Below are positions 62,454 through 64,000 of a DNA stretch of 64,000 bases, one piece after another. The stretch spans positions 4,443 to 68,442 of the forward strand of contig CAWCQX010000005.1 of assembly GCA_963797855.1 (NCBI GenBank). Reading direction: 5' to 3'. A model generated the notes under the pieces. It had not been told where the DNA came from. It searched no databases and saw only the letters and a program-made list of their open reading frames with translations. Source of the stretch: an uncultured Chloroflexia bacterium (GTDB lineage Bacteria; Chloroflexota; Limnocylindria; QHBO01). A program made the position numbers and the translations under genes. Within the stretch, counting starts at the first letter, position 1, and each line of letters opens with the position of its first letter.

Positions 62454-62502
62454 CGCCACGGTGACGGCCACCGGGCTTCGGTACGTCGGCAACCTCGCGG
62501 GG

Positions 62503-63309
62503 TCAGCCGACCACTGGCGGAGCGGCCACCGGGAGCGCCGCGTCGCGCGCGGCAACCTCATCGAGGAAGTCGCGCGATCGGAGCTCGCGCTCGATGACGG
62601 CCGAGACCGATGCGTGCAGCAGCCGCTCGACCTCCCGGTGCAGCCCGGCCGCGAGCTGGAGGCGAAGGACCCCGACGAGCGGCGACCGCTGGAGGTGCCG
62701 CAGGATCTTCAGTGCGTCGCCGGACACGCGCCGCCCTCCGAGCGCCGCGTGCGCGCACGACGGGCAGACGACCCCACCGCCGGCGGCCGAGAAGACGTTC
62801 CCTTCCGGCTCGATCTGGGCACCGCACTCCAGGCAGCGCGTGAGCTCCGGGCGGAACCCCATCGCCTCGAGCAGGTGGAGCTCGAACCAGCGCGCGATGA
62901 CCTCACGGGAGACCGCGTCGCCGGCATCGAGCGCGGAAAGCACCTGGGCAAGCAGCCGGAACGCCTCGTGGGAGTCGGCCGCGCCCTCGCAGAATCGGTC
63001 GGTGAGCTCGACGACGTACCAGGCGGCGGCGGTCGAGTGCAGGTCGTTGCGCAGGCCGAGATGCGGGTCCTCGAGCGAGCTCGAGGTGACGACGTCGAAC
63101 GTGCGGCCGACCGCCAGGACGAGCTGCACGTCGCTGAACGGCTGGAGCCCTCCGCCGATCCTCGAGCGCGGCCGTCGCACTCCCTTGGCGATCACCCTGA
63201 GCTTCCCGAGGCGCGGCGTGAGGACGCTCAGCACCCGGTCGGCCTCGCCGAGCTCCATCGTGCGCAGGACGATCGCCTCGGTCTTGTAGACGCGAGGGCG
63301 CGGGCTCAT
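62503..63309 (-). CDS. recO: DNA repair protein RecO
   Basis: Intact 268-aa ORF with an OB-fold N-terminus ([24 protein letters not shown]) and a zinc motif CLECG...CPSC. Confidence 0.9.
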   Translation of the reverse strand: MSPRPRVYKTEAIVLRTMELGEADRVLSVLTPRLGKLRVIAKGVRRPRSRIGGGLQPFSDVQLVLAVGRTFDVVTSSSLEDPHLGLRNDLHSTAAAWYVVELTDRFCEGAADSHEAFRLLAQVLSALDAGDAVSREVIARWFELHLLEAMGFRPELTRCLECGAQIEPEGNVFSAAGGGVVCPSCAHAALGGRRVSGDALKILRHLQRSPLVGVLRLQLAAGLHREVERLLHASVSAVIERELRSRDFLDEVAARDAALPVAAPPVVG

Positions 63310-63345
63310 CGGCCTAACCTGCTACATCGGTGTATCATTTTCGGC

Positions 63346-64000
63346 ATGACAAGACTCGTCGAGGAGGTCGGGTACCCTTCCGCGGTGGACATCAGGACCG
63401 AGTTTACGCAGATCCTGACCGACATCGAGACCGAGATGTCGGACGTCCTGGACGAGCGAACCGGCCCGGCCCGGCCGCTGTACGAGATGCTCGCCTACCA
63501 CCTCGGGCTCGATCCCAACGCCCCGCAGCGGGGCGGGAAGCGGATCCGTCCGCTCCTCGGCCTCCTCGCCTACCAGTCCCTCGGCGGGGACTACAAGAAG
63601 GCCCTTCCCGGCGCCGCGGCGCTCGAGCTCGGGCACAACTTCAGCCTCGTCCACGACGACATCGAGGACGCCGACCGCGAGCGCCGTCACCGGCCCACGC
63701 TCTGGGCCCTGTGGGGCATCCCGGCCGCGATCAACGCCGGCGACGCGCTCTTCGCGCTGAGCCGGCTCGCCCTGTATCGGCTCCTCGAGGGCGAGGAATA
63801 CGAGGATCGGCGCGTCCTCGACCTCATGAAGATCTACGACGAGACGTGCCTCGCGCTCTGCGAGGGGCAGTATCTCGACATCAGCTTCGAGCGCCGCGAC
63901 GACGTGACCGTCGAGGCGTACTACGAGATGATCGGCAAGAAGACCGCCGCACTGCTCGGCGCCTCGGTCATGGCCGGCGCGATCCTGGCCGTCGACGACA
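63346..64000 (+). CDS. Polyprenyl diphosphate synthase (trans-IPPS); N-terminal 218 codons, runs off the window end
   Basis: My own translation from ATG 63346 gives MTRLVEEVGY...GGKRIRPLL...ELGHNFSLVHDDIEDADRERRHRPT, which contains the first DDxxD motif. It is not in the ORF track because there is no stop in the window. Confidence 0.88.
   Translation, partial: MTRLVEEVGYPSAVDIRTEFTQILTDIETEMSDVLDERTGPARPLYEMLAYHLGLDPNAPQRGGKRIRPLLGLLAYQSLGGDYKKALPGAAALELGHNFSLVHDDIEDADRERRHRPTLWALWGIPAAINAGDALFALSRLALYRLLEGEEYEDRRVLDLMKIYDETCLALCEGQYLDISFERRDDVTVEAYYEMIGKKTAALLGASVMAGAILAVDD

Overview
High-GC (about 70 %) bacterial chromosomal segment made up almost entirely of housekeeping genes. I saw no CRISPR array, transposase or integrase.

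Minus strand, listed by ascending window coordinate:
- NUDIX-gcvT-gcvH-gcvPA-gcvPB operon behind a long structured leader, a GT4 glycosyltransferase and tRNA-Val.
- A complete dcw/cell-division cluster: mraZ-rsmH-ftsL-like-ftsI-murF-mraY-murD-ftsW-murG-murB-ddl-ftsQ-sbp(DUF1290)-ftsA-ftsZ-yggS-yggT.
- A Cys-rich membrane protein, RNase P RNA (rnpB, absent from the ORF track) and rnhA.
- sdhCDAB and an NAD-type isocitrate dehydrogenase.
- A class III nucleotidyl cyclase followed by an MFS transporter with a cNMP-binding domain.
- A methylmalonyl-pathway operon: pccB, biotin carboxylase, BCCP, methylmalonyl-CoA mutase catalytic chain, epimerase.
- tRNA-Met, tRNA-Asn, dnaG-rpoD and ppdK.
- A tightly coupled glyQS-SnoaL-TPR-HTH-corA chain, and recO.

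Plus strand: sucCD, a lipoprotein, parAB, two hypotheticals, a MOSC protein, a DUF4331+TPR pair, an ECF-like sigma/anti-sigma pair and a polyprenyl synthase that runs off the window end.

The dominant technical feature is roughly 60 reading-frame breaks inside well-conserved, often essential genes. Many of the breaks I could localise lie at G/C homopolymers or (GC)n runs. I read these as assembly indel errors, not pseudogenes. The 2053-aa and 949-aa ORFs in the track are artefacts of these breaks. Coordinates of frame-broken genes are my reconstructions, and break positions are accurate to about +/-10-20 nt.

The items most worth follow-up are:
- the ~285-nt leader of the gcv operon, which lacks glycine-riboswitch signatures;
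- the cyclase / MFS-cNMP module;
- the phased TGGKK operator at mraZ;
- perfect DnaA boxes upstream of parA and ftsZ;
- the DUF4331-TPR pair;
- a triple 8-mer in the dnaG/sigma divergent region.
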